Assembly: GCA_963664535.1 (NCBI GenBank)
Contig: OY761465.1
Location: 76,980-140,979 of the forward strand
Length of the DNA: 64,000 nucleotides
Direction: 5' to 3'
Source of the DNA: Candidatus Binatia bacterium
Lineage (GTDB): Bacteria > Desulfobacterota > Binatia > UBA9968 > JAJDTQ01
Made by a program: the position numbers and the translations under genes. Of this stretch, positions 1-13,075 are shown piece after piece. The notes beneath the pieces are model-generated. The model saw only the letters and a program-made list of their open reading frames with translations, ran no database searches and was not told the origin of the DNA. Position 1 is the stretch's first letter, and every line of letters begins with the position of its first letter.

Positions 1-109
1 GCGGCGAGGGGATGTAGCGCGGGTCCTGGTAGAATCCGTAGCCCAGCAGGATCAGCACCAGCCCCACGCCCATGAGGGTGAACAGCAGTCTTCGCGCCGC
101 GGGACTCAC
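1..109 (-). CDS. ccmG: Thiol:disulfide interchange protein CcmG/DsbE, N-terminal part (runs off window)
   Basis: Manual translation from GTG at 109: MSPAARRLLFTLMGVGLVLILLGYGFYQDPRYIPSP. It has an N-terminal TM helix plus the DPxxIPSP segment typical of DsbE, and lies directly downstream of ccmF. Confidence 0.7.
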   Translation of the reverse strand, partial: MSPAARRLLFTLMGVGLVLILLGYGFYQDPRYIPSP

Positions 110-112
110 GAT

Positions 113-2071
113 TCAGTCCCCGCGCCCGGCTGGGCCCATGGGCAGGATGGTCATGAGCGTGCCGAGGGTGATGACGAAGCCGCCGAGCCAGATCCACAGC
201 ACCAGCGGGCGGATCAGCACCTTGAGGGTGGCCCGGTTCTGTTCTACCTCGCTGAAGCCCGAAAGGATGAGGTAGACGTCCTCCTTGAGGGTGCTGCGGA
301 ACACCGCCCGTCCGATGGGCGAGTCCTGGGTCGGGAAGAACTTCAACGCCGGTGACAGGCGCCCCAGGGCATGGCCGTTCTGCGACACCTGAAAAGCTCC
401 TTCCACGCGGTAGTGGGTGGGCTGCTGCGAGCCCTTCAGCCCCTCGAAGGCCACCCGGTAGGGTCCGGCCTGGAGCGTCTCGCCGACGCTCAGGGTCGCT
501 TCCCGCTCGATGCTGTAGGCCATGGAGCCGGCGATGCCCAGCACCACCAGCACCACCCCCAGGTGCACCACGAAACCGCCGTAGCGGCGCTGGTTGCGGC
601 GCACCAGGGTGGCGAGCCCGCGCAAGGGGCCTTCTCCCGCCTGCCGCCGGCGCGCGCGCAGGGACAGGAAGGTGTCGAAAAGCATGGTCCAGACCGTGAA
701 GGCGCAGAGGGTGAAGCCCAGCAGCGCCAGGAACGAGCGTATCCCGCCGGCGAACAGGCCCACGGCCACGGCCAGCGACGCCACCGTGGGCCAGGTGAAG
801 TTCCGCTTGAGGTTGTCCCACGAAGCCCGGCGCCAGGCAATGAGCGGCCCCACCCCCATGAGGAAGACCAGCAGCAGGAACAGCGGCGCCGTGACGCTGT
901 TGAAGTAGGGGGCGCCGACGCTCACCTGGACCCCGGCCACGGCCTGGGACAGCAGCGGGAAGACGGTGCCCAGGAAGATGGTGAACAGGGCGGACACGAA
1001 CACCACGTTGTTCAGCACGAAGGCCGATTCCCGGCTCACCACGGAGTCGAGCTCCGGCTGGCCGCGCAGTTGGTCGCTGCGCCAGGCCAGGAGCCCCAGG
1101 GACGAGATCAGCACGAAGGCCAGGAACCCCAGGAAGTAGGCTCCCACGGGCCCGGACGAGAAGGCGTGGATGGACGACAGGACCCCCGAGCGCGTCAGGA
1201 AGGTGGCGAAGATGGTGAGGCTGAAGGCGATGATGATCAGCAGCAGGTTCCAGGTCTTGAGCATGCCGCGCCGTTCCTGGACCTGCACGGAGTGGAGGAA
1301 CGCGGTGGCCGGCAGCCAGGGCATGAAGGCGGCGTTTTCCACTGGGTCCCAGGCCCAATAGCCCCCCCAGCCAAGGACGTGGTACGACCACCACGCGCCC
1401 ACGAGGTTGCCGAGGGTCAGAAAGAACCAGGCGGTGATGGTCCAGCGCCGGGTGGCGACGATCCAGCCCTGGTCCAGCTTGCCGCGGATGAGCGCCGCCA
1501 TGGCGAAGGCGAAGGGGACGGTGAGCCCCACGAAGCCGGTGTACAGCAGCGGCGGGTGGCTCAGCATGTTGGCGTCTTCCAGCAGCGGGTTGAGCCCGCG
1601 GCCGTCGGCGGGCACCGGAAACTGGGTCTCGAAGGGGTTGGAGCCGAAGGCGATGACTGCCAGGAAGAAGGCCGAGACGATGGAGAACACCATCAGCACC
1701 CAGGGCATGAACTCCTGCATGCGCCTGCGGTAGCTCCACGCCACTAGGGCCGAGAAGATGATGAGGATCCACTCCCACAGGAGCAGCGAGCCTTCCAGGG
1801 CGCCCCACAGGCCGGTGACGCGGTAGTAGACGGGGGTGTTCCGGGTGGTGTTGAGGGCCACGTACCGGATGGAGAAGTCCGTGGCCACCAGGGCGTAGAT
1901 CAATGCCGCCGCGGCCAAGGTCACGAGCACGAACTGGCCGGCGATGGCGTAGCGGGCGGAAGCGTGGAAGCGCTCGTTGCCGGTGCGCGCGTGCAGGACC
2001 GGGGTCACGATGCCCCACGCCGCCAGCGCCAACGCCAGCAGCACGCAGGTATGTCCCAGGGTTGCGGTCAT
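113..2071 (-). CDS. ccmF: Cytochrome c heme lyase CcmF
   Basis: 652 aa polytopic membrane protein with the WGGYWAWDPVEN (WWD) motif, HPP and SIHAF motifs. Confidence 0.97.
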   Translation of the reverse strand: MTATLGHTCVLLALALAAWGIVTPVLHARTGNERFHASARYAIAGQFVLVTLAAAALIYALVATDFSIRYVALNTTRNTPVYYRVTGLWGALEGSLLLWEWILIIFSALVAWSYRRRMQEFMPWVLMVFSIVSAFFLAVIAFGSNPFETQFPVPADGRGLNPLLEDANMLSHPPLLYTGFVGLTVPFAFAMAALIRGKLDQGWIVATRRWTITAWFFLTLGNLVGAWWSYHVLGWGGYWAWDPVENAAFMPWLPATAFLHSVQVQERRGMLKTWNLLLIIIAFSLTIFATFLTRSGVLSSIHAFSSGPVGAYFLGFLAFVLISSLGLLAWRSDQLRGQPELDSVVSRESAFVLNNVVFVSALFTIFLGTVFPLLSQAVAGVQVSVGAPYFNSVTAPLFLLLVFLMGVGPLIAWRRASWDNLKRNFTWPTVASLAVAVGLFAGGIRSFLALLGFTLCAFTVWTMLFDTFLSLRARRRQAGEGPLRGLATLVRRNQRRYGGFVVHLGVVLVVLGIAGSMAYSIEREATLSVGETLQAGPYRVAFEGLKGSQQPTHYRVEGAFQVSQNGHALGRLSPALKFFPTQDSPIGRAVFRSTLKEDVYLILSGFSEVEQNRATLKVLIRPLVLWIWLGGFVITLGTLMTILPMGPAGRGD

Positions 2072-2081
2072 GGACAGCCCA

Positions 2082-2519
2082 CTAGCCGCCGGCGGGCCGC
2101 GCGGGCACGAAGCTTCGTTTGCCGGCCGGGTCTTCGCCTTCCGGGTGCGGGCTGTACTCCTCGGCGTGCTTGGCCATGACGGTGGACGCCCTGAAGATGC
2201 CGTCCTCGCCGAGCCGCCCCTCCACCACCGCGCCCTTGCCCTCGGAGAAGAGGTCCGGCGGCACGCCCTGGAAACGCACGGCGAGGGACTCCTGGCCGTC
2301 GGTGATCCGGAAACGGAACGCGCGCCGGTCGAGGTCCTTATCGAGCGAGCCCGGCAGCACCATGCCGCCCACCCGGAGGAACCGGTCCGGCGGCGTGGTC
2401 TCGGAGCGCAGCTCGGTGGGCGTGACGAAGTAGACCACGGCTTCCTGCATGGCGCCGTAGATGAGATAGGCCAGGCCGCCGACGATGATCAGGCCGCCGA
2501 TGAGATACCTAGGCTTCAT
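2082..2519 (-). CDS. ccmE: Heme chaperone CcmE
   Basis: N-terminal TM helix, PDLFSEG, and the heme-binding AKHxxxY motif (AKHAEEY). Confidence 0.95.
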   Translation of the reverse strand: MKPRYLIGGLIIVGGLAYLIYGAMQEAVVYFVTPTELRSETTPPDRFLRVGGMVLPGSLDKDLDRRAFRFRITDGQESLAVRFQGVPPDLFSEGKGAVVEGRLGEDGIFRASTVMAKHAEEYSPHPEGEDPAGKRSFVPARPAGG

Positions 2520-2664
2520 GTCCGTCCGCCTCGCTTGACGCCCGGGGAGTCTTTCCGCGGGCTGCCGTGGCCCTCTGAATGCGCCGCTTCAGGAGCACGG
2601 TGTAGATGAGGATGCTGCACCAGACGATGCCGTAGGCCAGAAAGACGAAACCCCAGTGTCCCAT
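2509..2664 (-). CDS. ccmD: Heme exporter protein CcmD (51 aa, below ORF-track cutoff)
   Basis: Manual translation MGHWGFVFLAYGIVWCSILIYTVLLKRRIQRATAARGKTPRASSEADGHEA. It has an AYG-containing TM helix and a basic tail, and sits between ccmC and ccmE. Confidence 0.85.
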   Translation of the reverse strand: MGHWGFVFLAYGIVWCSILIYTVLLKRRIQRATAARGKTPRASSEADGHEA

Positions 2665-2688
2665 GGATTCATGCTCCCGAAACGCCGG

Positions 2689-3369
2689 TCACGCTGCGTC
2701 GTGGAGCCGGTTCCGACGCGCCTGCTCCTTCACGTCGCCCAGGTGGATGCGCAACGACAACAGATAGAAGAACAGCAGCAGAAAAGCGACGAAGTTGATG
2801 CCCAGGGGCCACAGCATGGCCGGATCGATGTTGTCCCATGGCGCCTTGTCGGGGCGCAGGATGGAAGGGGGCTGGTGCAGGGTGCGCCACCAGTACACCG
2901 ACATGTGAATCAACGGGATATCCAGGAAGCCGATGATGCCCAGTATCGCGCCGGATACGGCCGCCCGCCGCTGGTCCTCGATGAGCGACCGCAACAGCAG
3001 GTAGCCGGTGAAGATCAGCAGCAGGACGGCGGTGAGCGTGAGCCGGGCGTCCCAGGTCCACCACACCCCCCAGGTGGGTTTGCCCCAGATGGCCCCTTCG
3101 ACGATGGTGAGGGCGGTGAAGAGCACGCCGATCTCCGCGGCCGCGTGGGCCAGGTTGTCGTCCCGGCGCTCGCCTTTCCAGAGGTAGAGGCAACTCCCCA
3201 CGAACACGATGAAGAACGACAGGTACGCCACCAGGATGCTGGGGATGTGGAGGTACATGATCCGCTGGGTCTCGCCCTGCCGGGCGTCCGGCGGCGCCTC
3301 CACCAGACCCCAGTACAGACCCGTGACGATGAGGATGAGCGCCAGCGCGCCGAGAATTCTTCGAGCCAT
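2689..3369 (-). CDS. ccmC: Heme exporter protein CcmC
   Basis: WGKPTWGVWWTWDARLT motif, with YLH and TLHQ histidines. Confidence 0.96.
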   Translation of the reverse strand: MARRILGALALILIVTGLYWGLVEAPPDARQGETQRIMYLHIPSILVAYLSFFIVFVGSCLYLWKGERRDDNLAHAAAEIGVLFTALTIVEGAIWGKPTWGVWWTWDARLTLTAVLLLIFTGYLLLRSLIEDQRRAAVSGAILGIIGFLDIPLIHMSVYWWRTLHQPPSILRPDKAPWDNIDPAMLWPLGINFVAFLLLFFYLLSLRIHLGDVKEQARRNRLHDAA

Positions 3370-3403
3370 GAGTTGATACGAAAATGGAAATGATGCCTCG
3401 CAT

Positions 3404-3433
3404 CCGTCATGTCCGCAAAAGCGGGAATGACGG
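3404..3433. repeat. CGTC-class REP-like palindrome (degenerate copy of 11991-12020)
   Basis: CCGTCATGTCCGC-AAAA-GCGGGAATGACGG in the ccmB-ccmC intergenic gap. Confidence 0.7.
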
Positions 3434-3490
3434 CGACCATGCCGTCTCCGCCTAATGATAGCACCCGCGTGTGGCAGTTCCCAATCGCGG

Positions 3491-4167
3491 TCAGCCGTCG
3501 AGCACCCATTCCAGCAACAGGAAGCCGGCGGTGACGAAGATCAGGTCGAAGCCCACCAGCAGGCGGAACCAGGGCACCAGATCGGGGGCGGCGCCCGCCC
3601 CCAGAATGATCTGGAGGGTGCGGACGGTGCCCAGGATCACCGGGATCATCAGAGGAAACAGCAGCACGGGAAGCAGCAGGGCGCGGGCCCGGGCCCGCAG
3701 CGTCACCGCGGCGAACAAGACGCCCACGACACAGAAGCCCAGGGTCCCCAGGAGCGTGTAGAGCAGCACGTCCGGCAGCAGGTGCCAGAAGTCCAGGCGG
3801 AACAGGATCCCGAACAGCGGCAGGATGAAGATCTCCAGCAGCGCCATCAGCGAGAAGTTGAAGAGGACCTTGGCGAGGTAGTAGGCGCCCCGGTCCATGG
3901 GCGCCAGCAGCAGCGCGTCCAGGCAATCGTTCTCGCGGTCGCCCTGGAAGAGCTGGCCCAGGGCCAGGGTGCCGCTGAACATGAATGCCAGCCACAGCAG
4001 CCCCGGCGCCATGCCGGCGACGTTGTCCGAGGTGATCTCGAAGGCGAACGAGAAGAGGAAGAGCAGGGAGAGGCCGAAGAAGAACAGCGACAACAGGTTG
4101 TCGCGGCGGCGCACTTCCAGCAGGAGGTCCTTCCAGAGAAGCCAGTAAAGCTGTCGCAGGGCGCCGG

Positions 4168-4171
<4 letters not shown>
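3491..4171 (-). CDS. ccmB: Heme exporter permease CcmB
   Basis: Hydrophobic 226 aa protein with KDLLLEVR and LLPVLLFPLMIP motifs, between ccmA and ccmC. Confidence 0.93.
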
Positions 4172-4893
<722 letters not shown>

Positions 4894-5136
4894 GCTCCGA
4901 ATCGGGAAAATTCGCCGCGCGGCGATCAATATAGCGGGTTCAGGGGGAAATCGCATGGGACGCCGCCGGCCCGGCGCGCCGCCCGCGGGGTCCGGGCTCT
5001 CCCTTGACTCGCCAACGGAGATTCGTTAATGACTACTCAGACCCCACTCATGGCCTGGACCGGATGGGCGGGCTCGCCGAGCCCGCCGCCGGAATCAGGA
5101 TCTCCGAGACCGTCCGCGGTCCTCGGGCCATCTCAA

Positions 5137-5160
5137 AGATCAGAGGAGAGATCAGAGGAG
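5137..5160 (+). promoter_or_regulatory. Tandem 12-bp duplication containing the icd Shine-Dalgarno
   Basis: AGATCAGAGGAG occurs twice, ending 4 nt before the ATG at 5165. Confidence 0.7.
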
Positions 5161-5164
5161 AAAC

Positions 5165-6426
5165 ATGGCAAGCTATCTACACGTCAATGTTCCGTCCGAG
5201 GGCGCCAAGGTTTCGCTTTCCGACGGCAAACTGCAGGTTCCCGACAATCCCATCATCCCCTTCATCGAAGGCGACGGCATCGGCGTCGACATCTGGGCGG
5301 CCGCGGTCCGGGTGCTGGACGGCGCCGTGGCGAAGGCCTACGGCGGCAAGAAGAAGATTTCCTGGATGGAGGTCTACGCCGGCGAGAAGGCCGAGGCCGT
5401 GTACGGCGACGACTGTCCGCCCAGCCTGCTGCCGCAGGAAACCGTGGACGTCATCCGCGAGTATCTGGTGGCCATCAAGGGTCCCCTGACGACGCCGGTG
5501 GGCGAGGGCTTCCGCAGCCTCAACGTGACCCTGCGGCAGGTGCTGGACCTCTACGTCTGCCTCCGGCCCGTACGCTACTTCAAGGGCGTGCCGTCACCGG
5601 TGGTGCGGCCCCATCTGGTGGACATGGTGATCTTCCGCGAGAACACCGAGGACATCTACGCCGGCATCGAGTGGGAGACCGGAACCCCCGAGGCCGAGAA
5701 GGTGGTCAAGTTCCTGCGCGACGAGATGGGAGTCAAGAGCATCCGCTTCCCCGACACCGCCAGCATCGGCATCAAGCCCATCTCCATCGAAGGGTCGGAG
5801 CGGCTCATCCGGGCGGCGATCCGCTACGCCGTGGAGCACAACCGGCGCAACGTCACGCTGGTCCACAAGGGCAACATCCAGAAATACACCGAGGGCGCCT
5901 TCATGCGCTGGGGCTACGCGCTCGGCAAGCGGGAGTTCGGCGACAAGGTGGTGTCGTGGGAAGACTGCGGCGGCAAGCCGGCGGAAGGCCAGATCCTCAT
6001 CAAGGACGCCATCACCGACGCCTTCCTGCAGCAGATCCTCACGCGCCGGACGAGTTCGACGTGATCCCCACCATGAACCTCACCGGCGACCTCATCTCGG
6101 ACGCGCTGGCGGCGCAGGTGGGCGGCATCGGCATCGCGCCGGGCGGCAACATCAACTACGACAGCGGCCACGCCCTGTTCGAGGCGACTCACGGGACCGC
6201 GCCCAAGTACGCCGGCCAGGACAAGGTCAACCCCGGCTCGGTGATCCTTTCCGGAGAGATGATGCTGCGCCACCTCGGCTGGGACGAAGCCGCGGACCTG
6301 GTGATACAGGGCCTCGAGGAAACCATCGCGCAGAAGACCGTAACCTACGATTTCGAACGGCTCATGACCGGGGCCAGGCTGCTGAAGTGCTCGGAGTTCG
6401 GCGACGCCATCGTGGGCAACATGTAA
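5165..6426 (+). CDS. icd: Isocitrate dehydrogenase (NADP-type), with a 1-nt frameshift at about 6046
   Basis: The N-terminal part ([28 protein letters not shown]) is in ORF 5165-6064. The C-terminal part ([32 protein letters not shown]) is in another frame ending at 6426. Confidence 0.93.
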
Positions 6427-7383
<957 letters not shown>

Positions 7384-7416
7384 CCGTGTCTCCGACCTCC
7401 GTTCCGTAAGCACCGC

Positions 7417-8592
7417 ATGAACATCCACGAATATCAGGCCAAGCAGTGGCTCGCGCGGTTCGGCGTGGCCGTGCCCGGCGGACGGGTGGCGGCTACGGCC
7501 GGCGAGACGCGGGCGGCGGCCGAGGAGATCGGCTTTCCGTGCGTGGTGAAGGCCCAGATCCATGCCGGCGGCCGGGGCAAGGCCGGCGGCGTCAAGGTCG
7601 TCCAGACGGCCGAGGAGGCAGAGGCCTTTGCCGAGGGCCTGCTGGGAAAGCCCCTGGTCACGCACCAGACCGGTCCCGAGGGCAGGGTGGTCCGGCATGT
7701 GTGGGTGGAAGAGGCGTCGCGCATCGCCAGAGAGCTTTACTGCAGCATCGTCATGGACGCGGCGGCCGGACAACCCGCCGTCATCGCCTGCCGCGAAGGG
7801 GGGATGGAGATCGAGGAGGTGGCGAAGGAGACCCCGGACGAGATCGTCATCGAGCTGGTGGACCCTCTCGTAGGGGTGGCGCCGTTCCAGGTCCGCCGCG
7901 TGGCCGGCCGGCTGGGCCTTTCCGGCAAGGAGGTGGGCGCCTTCGGCGCGCTGCTCAAGGGCCTGTACCGCGCTTTCCTGGAGTCCGACTGCATGCAGCT
8001 CGAGGTGAATCCGCTGGCCCAGGTCGACGACGGGAGCTTCCTGGTGCTGGACGCCAAGATGAACTTCGACGGCAACGCGCTCTTCCGCCAGAAGGAGGTG
8101 CTGAAGCTCCGGGACGTGAACGAGGAGGACCCCAAGGAGGTCACGGCTTCGGACCTGGGCATCTCCTACGTGGCCCTGGACGGCAACATCGGCTGCATGG
8201 TCAACGGCGCGGGCCTGGCCATGGGCACCATGGACATCATCCAGCAGTACGGCGGCATGCCGGCCAACTTCCTCGACGTGGGCGGCGGCGCCAGCAAGGA
8301 GATGGTGGGGCAGGCCTTCCGCCTGCTGCTGTCGGACGACAAGGTGCGCGGGGTGCTGGTGAACATCTTCGGCGGGATCATGCGTTGCGACGTCATCGCC
8401 GCGGGCATCATCGACGCCGCCAGGGAGATCGGCGTCAACGTGCCGCTGGTGGTGCGGCTCCAGGGCACCAACGTGGAGCAGGGCAGGGAGATCTTGTCGA
8501 ACTCGGACCTGAGCATCATCGCCGCGGACACCATCGCGGACGCGGCGCAGAAGATCGTCCAGGCCGTGCAGGCGGAAGAGGGGCGGGCATGA
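7417..8592 (+). CDS. sucC: Succinyl-CoA synthetase beta subunit
   Basis: [24 protein letters not shown] and [10 protein letters not shown] motifs. Confidence 0.97.
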   Translation: MNIHEYQAKQWLARFGVAVPGGRVAATAGETRAAAEEIGFPCVVKAQIHAGGRGKAGGVKVVQTAEEAEAFAEGLLGKPLVTHQTGPEGRVVRHVWVEEASRIARELYCSIVMDAAAGQPAVIACREGGMEIEEVAKETPDEIVIELVDPLVGVAPFQVRRVAGRLGLSGKEVGAFGALLKGLYRAFLESDCMQLEVNPLAQVDDGSFLVLDAKMNFDGNALFRQKEVLKLRDVNEEDPKEVTASDLGISYVALDGNIGCMVNGAGLAMGTMDIIQQYGGMPANFLDVGGGASKEMVGQAFRLLLSDDKVRGVLVNIFGGIMRCDVIAAGIIDAAREIGVNVPLVVRLQGTNVEQGREILSNSDLSIIAADTIADAAQKIVQAVQAEEGRA

Positions 8593-9458
8593 GCATCCTG
8601 GTGAACTCCCGGACCCGGGTGCTGACCCAGGGCATCACCGGCGCCACGGGCCAGTTCCATACCCGGACCTGCAAGGAGTACGGCACCCAAATGGTGGCGG
8701 GCGTCACCCCCGGCAAGGGCGGCACTTCCTTCGAGGACATCCCCATCTTCGACAGCGTGGAGGAGGCGGTCGGGGAGACCGGCGCCAACGCCAACGTCAT
8801 CTACGTGCCGCCCCCGTTCGCCGCCGACGCCATCATGGAATCGGCGGACGCGGGCGTGCCGCTGGCGATCTGCATCACCGAGGGCGTGCCGGTCCAGGAC
8901 ATGATGCGGGTGAAGCGCTACCTGAAGGATCGCGGCACGGTGCTGGTGGGTCCCAACTGCCCCGGCGTCATCACCCCGGGCGAGTGCAAGATCGGCATCA
9001 TGCCCGGACACATCCACAAGCGCGGCGGCATCGGGGTGATCTCCCGCAGCGGCACCCTCACCTACGAAGCCGTGGATCAGCTCACGCGCCTGGGAATGGG
9101 ACAGTCCACCTGCGTCGGCATCGGCGGCGACCCCATCCGCGGGTTGAACTTCATCGACGTGCTGGAGCGGTTCAACGACGACGACGAGACCGACGCCGTG
9201 GTGCTCATCGGAGAGATCGGCGGCAGCGCCGAGCAGGACGCCGCGGACTGGATCCGGGCGCACATGAGAAAGCCGGTGGTGGGATTCATCGTCGGCCAGA
9301 CGGCGCCGCCGGGGAAGCGCATGGGCCACGCGGGGGCCATCATATCCGGCGGCAAGGGCACGGCGGCGGAAAAGGTCGAGGCGTTGCGCGCCGCGGGCGT
9401 GCGCATGGCGCCGACCCCGGCCGACATCGGGCAAGCCATGAAGGAAGCGCTAGGGTAG
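8589..9458 (+). CDS. sucD: Succinyl-CoA synthetase alpha subunit
   Basis: MSILV..QGITG, GPNCPG and RMGHAGA motifs. The ATG overlaps the sucC stop. Confidence 0.97.
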   Translation: MSILVNSRTRVLTQGITGATGQFHTRTCKEYGTQMVAGVTPGKGGTSFEDIPIFDSVEEAVGETGANANVIYVPPPFAADAIMESADAGVPLAICITEGVPVQDMMRVKRYLKDRGTVLVGPNCPGVITPGECKIGIMPGHIHKRGGIGVISRSGTLTYEAVDQLTRLGMGQSTCVGIGGDPIRGLNFIDVLERFNDDDETDAVVLIGEIGGSAEQDAADWIRAHMRKPVVGFIVGQTAPPGKRMGHAGAIISGGKGTAAEKVEALRAAGVRMAPTPADIGQAMKEALG

Positions 9459-9463
9459 CAAAG

Positions 9464-9889
9464 ATGGAGCGAACACTGTCGATCATCAAGCCGGAGGCCG
9501 TGGCCAGGAACCTCATCGGGGACATCCTCAGCCGTTTCGAGCACGCGGGGCTCAAGGTCGTGGCCGCGAGGCTGACCCGGTTGGACAAGCAGCGGGCGGA
9601 GTCCTTCTATGAAGTGCACCGGGAGCGGCCGTTCTTCAACACTCTGACCGACTACATGTCCAAGGGCCCCATCTTCGTGTCGGTCCTGGAGGGCGACGGC
9701 GCCATCGCCCGGAACCGGGAGATCATGGGCGCCACGGACCCGGCCAACGCGGCTCCGGGGACCATCCGGAAGGATTGGGGCACCGACGTGGAGGCCAACG
9801 CGGTGCACGGCTCCGACGCCCCCGAAACCGCCGCCGCGGAGATCGCCTTCTTCTTCGCCGCCGACGAGATCCCGTCGTCCGGGTCGTAG
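9464..9889 (+). CDS. ndk: Nucleoside diphosphate kinase
   Basis: [14 protein letters not shown] and NAVHGSD motifs. Confidence 0.97.
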   Translation: MERTLSIIKPEAVARNLIGDILSRFEHAGLKVVAARLTRLDKQRAESFYEVHRERPFFNTLTDYMSKGPIFVSVLEGDGAIARNREIMGATDPANAAPGTIRKDWGTDVEANAVHGSDAPETAAAEIAFFFAADEIPSSGS

Positions 9890-9979
9890 AATTTCGGCCC
9901 CCGGGCTGCGGGTTCCAGGGCCGCCCGGGCCGCGGCGGGTTCCCAGGCCGCCAGCGAGGCGGCGGCAGGCGCATTGCCG

Positions 9980-11080
<1,101 letters not shown>

Positions 11081-11100
11081 CGGGACAGGGACGGTAGAAG

Positions 11101-11970
11101 ATGGAACAGAACACGATGCTCGGTGTCATCGGCGGCACCGGCCTCTACGAGATGGACGGTTTGAGCGGGGTGCGCGAGGTGGAGGTGGAGACGCCCTTCG
11201 GCGCGCCTTCCGGCCCCTTCGTGCTGGGGTCCCTGGGCGGAGTCGGGGTGGCTTTTCTGCCGCGTCACGGCAAGGGCCACCGGCTGCTGCCCACCGAAGT
11301 CAACAACCGCGCCAACATCTTCGGCATGAAGAAGCTGGGGGTCGGGCGGCTCCTGTCGGTGAGCGCGGTGGGGAGCCTCAAGCTGGAGATCGAGCCGGGC
11401 CACATGGTGCTGCCGGACCAGTTCATTGACCGCACCTACAGGCGTTCCAGCACGTTCTTCGGCGACGGCATCGTGGCCCACGTCCAGTTCGCCGATCCGT
11501 TCTGCAACGACCTCCGTGCCCTGGTGGCGGCCGCGGCCGCCACCGAGGACATCGAGGTGCACGGCCGCGGCACCTACGTCTGCATGGAGGGGCCGCAGTT
11601 CTCCACCCGGGCGGAGTCCGCGCTGCACCGGAGCTGGGGCGCGGACGTCATCGGCATGACCAACCTGCAGGAGGCCAAGCTGGCCCGGGAAGCCGAGATC
11701 TGCTTCGCCACCATGGCCATGTCGACGGACTACGACTGCTGGAACGAAGCCGCCGGCGACGTGGACATCGAGGAAATCATCGCGGTGCTGCAGAAGAACG
11801 CGGACGTGGCCAAGCGTATCATCCGGGGCACGCTGGAGCGGTTGTCGCCCGAGCGGACGTGTCCCTGCGCCACGGCCCTTGCCATGGCCATCGTCACCGA
11901 CCGCTCGGTGATTCCGGAGGAGACCCGCGAGAAGCTGGCTCCGCTGGTGGACAAGTATCTCCAGTCGTAG
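11101..11970 (+). CDS. mtnP: S-methyl-5'-thioadenosine phosphorylase
   Basis: GVIGGTG, RHGKGH, EGPQFSTRAES, GMT and TDYDCW motifs. Confidence 0.92.
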   Translation: MEQNTMLGVIGGTGLYEMDGLSGVREVEVETPFGAPSGPFVLGSLGGVGVAFLPRHGKGHRLLPTEVNNRANIFGMKKLGVGRLLSVSAVGSLKLEIEPGHMVLPDQFIDRTYRRSSTFFGDGIVAHVQFADPFCNDLRALVAAAAATEDIEVHGRGTYVCMEGPQFSTRAESALHRSWGADVIGMTNLQEAKLAREAEICFATMAMSTDYDCWNEAAGDVDIEEIIAVLQKNADVAKRIIRGTLERLSPERTCPCATALAMAIVTDRSVIPEETREKLAPLVDKYLQS

Positions 11971-12100
11971 TCGTCATTCCCACCCCCACTCCGTCATTCC
12001 CGCGAAAGCGGGAATGACGGAAGGGCGATGCGAGAATGACGGAGTGGGGGTGGGAATGACGAAGGGGCGATGCGGGAATGACGGAAGGTGTGGCGGAATG
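11971..12100. repeat. Composite CGTC-class REP/palindrome cluster
   Basis: A perfect 29-bp inverted repeat (11971-11999 / 12034-12062) overlaps a 13-bp GAAA-loop hairpin (11991-12020). Further GGAATGA units continue to about 12100. Confidence 0.85.
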
Positions 12101-12141
12101 AGCGAGTGGGGCGGCGTTCGGGACTCGGGAGGATTGTGAAC

Positions 12142-13047
12142 ATGAGCGTATTGGTGGTGGGCTCGATGGCCTTCGATTCCATCGAGACCCCGCACGGCCG
12201 TGCCGACCGGGTCTTGGGCGGCTCGGCGGCCTACTTCGCGTTGGCGGCGGCGTTCTTCGCTCCGGTACGGATCGTCGGGGTGGTGGGCGAGGACTTTCCG
12301 GAGGAGCACCTGACCGCGCTGTCGCGCGGCGGGGTCGACCTGGAGGGGTTGCAGCGGGTCGAGGGCAAGACCTTTTTCTGGCACGGGCGGTACCACGAAG
12401 ACCTGAACGTCCGTGATACCCTGGAGGTCCAGCTCAACGTGCTGGAAGACTTCGTCCCCCGAATGCCGGCCGGCTACGAGGACACGGAGTATGCCTTTCT
12501 CGGCAACATGCACCCGGCGGCCCAGTTGGAGGTGCTGTCGCAGTTGACGCGGCCGCGGCTCGTGGCCCTGGACACCATGGACCACTGGATCCACGAGAAC
12601 CCCGGGGAGTTGAGGAAGGTGCTGAAGCGGGTGGAGACCGTGGTCATCAACGACTCGGAAGCGTACATGCTGAGCGGGGACCACAACATCGTACGCGCCG
12701 CCCGCGCCATCCAGAAGATGGGCCCGCGCGTGGTGCTCATCAAGCGCGGCGAGTACGGCGTGTTCCAGTTTTCGGACGCTTCGACCTTCGTGGTGCCGGC
12801 CTACCCCCTGGAGGAAGTCATGGACCCCACCGGCGCCGGCGACTCCTTTGCCGGGGGGTTCATGGGATGCCTGGCTGCCGGCGGCGGCGCCGGGGAGGAC
12901 GCGTTGCGCCGGGCCATCGTCTACGGCAACGTCACCGCCTCGTTCACCGTCGAGGATTTCGGGCCCGGGCGGCTGATCTCGATGGCCCGGACCGAAATCG
13001 ATGAACGTTATCGCCGCTTCGTGGAATTGACTCGCTTCGGCGAATGA
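12142..13047 (+). CDS. PfkB/ribokinase-family carbohydrate kinase
   Basis: VVGSMAFD, GGSAAY and the DPTGAGDSFAGG signature. Confidence 0.9.
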   Translation: MSVLVVGSMAFDSIETPHGRADRVLGGSAAYFALAAAFFAPVRIVGVVGEDFPEEHLTALSRGGVDLEGLQRVEGKTFFWHGRYHEDLNVRDTLEVQLNVLEDFVPRMPAGYEDTEYAFLGNMHPAAQLEVLSQLTRPRLVALDTMDHWIHENPGELRKVLKRVETVVINDSEAYMLSGDHNIVRAARAIQKMGPRVVLIKRGEYGVFQFSDASTFVVPAYPLEEVMDPTGAGDSFAGGFMGCLAAGGGAGEDALRRAIVYGNVTASFTVEDFGPGRLISMARTEIDERYRRFVELTRFGE

Positions 13048-13075
13048 ATGCGTCAAGACCTGAGCCGTTGATCAC

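Noticed and set aside
6041-6064. Programmed ribosomal frameshift in icd
   Set aside because: There is no slippery heptamer or obvious stimulatory structure. A missing C in a short run is the simpler explanation.
7446-8588. Apparent long N-terminal extensions of SucD and Ndk in the ORF track
   Set aside because: They are off-frame overlaps with the upstream genes. The true starts are 8589 and 9464.
9908-9952. Imperfect 18-bp direct repeat between ndk and rlmN
   Set aside because: Only two GC-rich copies with no supportable function, possibly a decayed REP.
11971-12100. Possible CRISPR array
   Set aside because: The units are short, partly inverted, and lack unique constant-length spacers. 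There are no cas genes. REP-like repeats explain it better.
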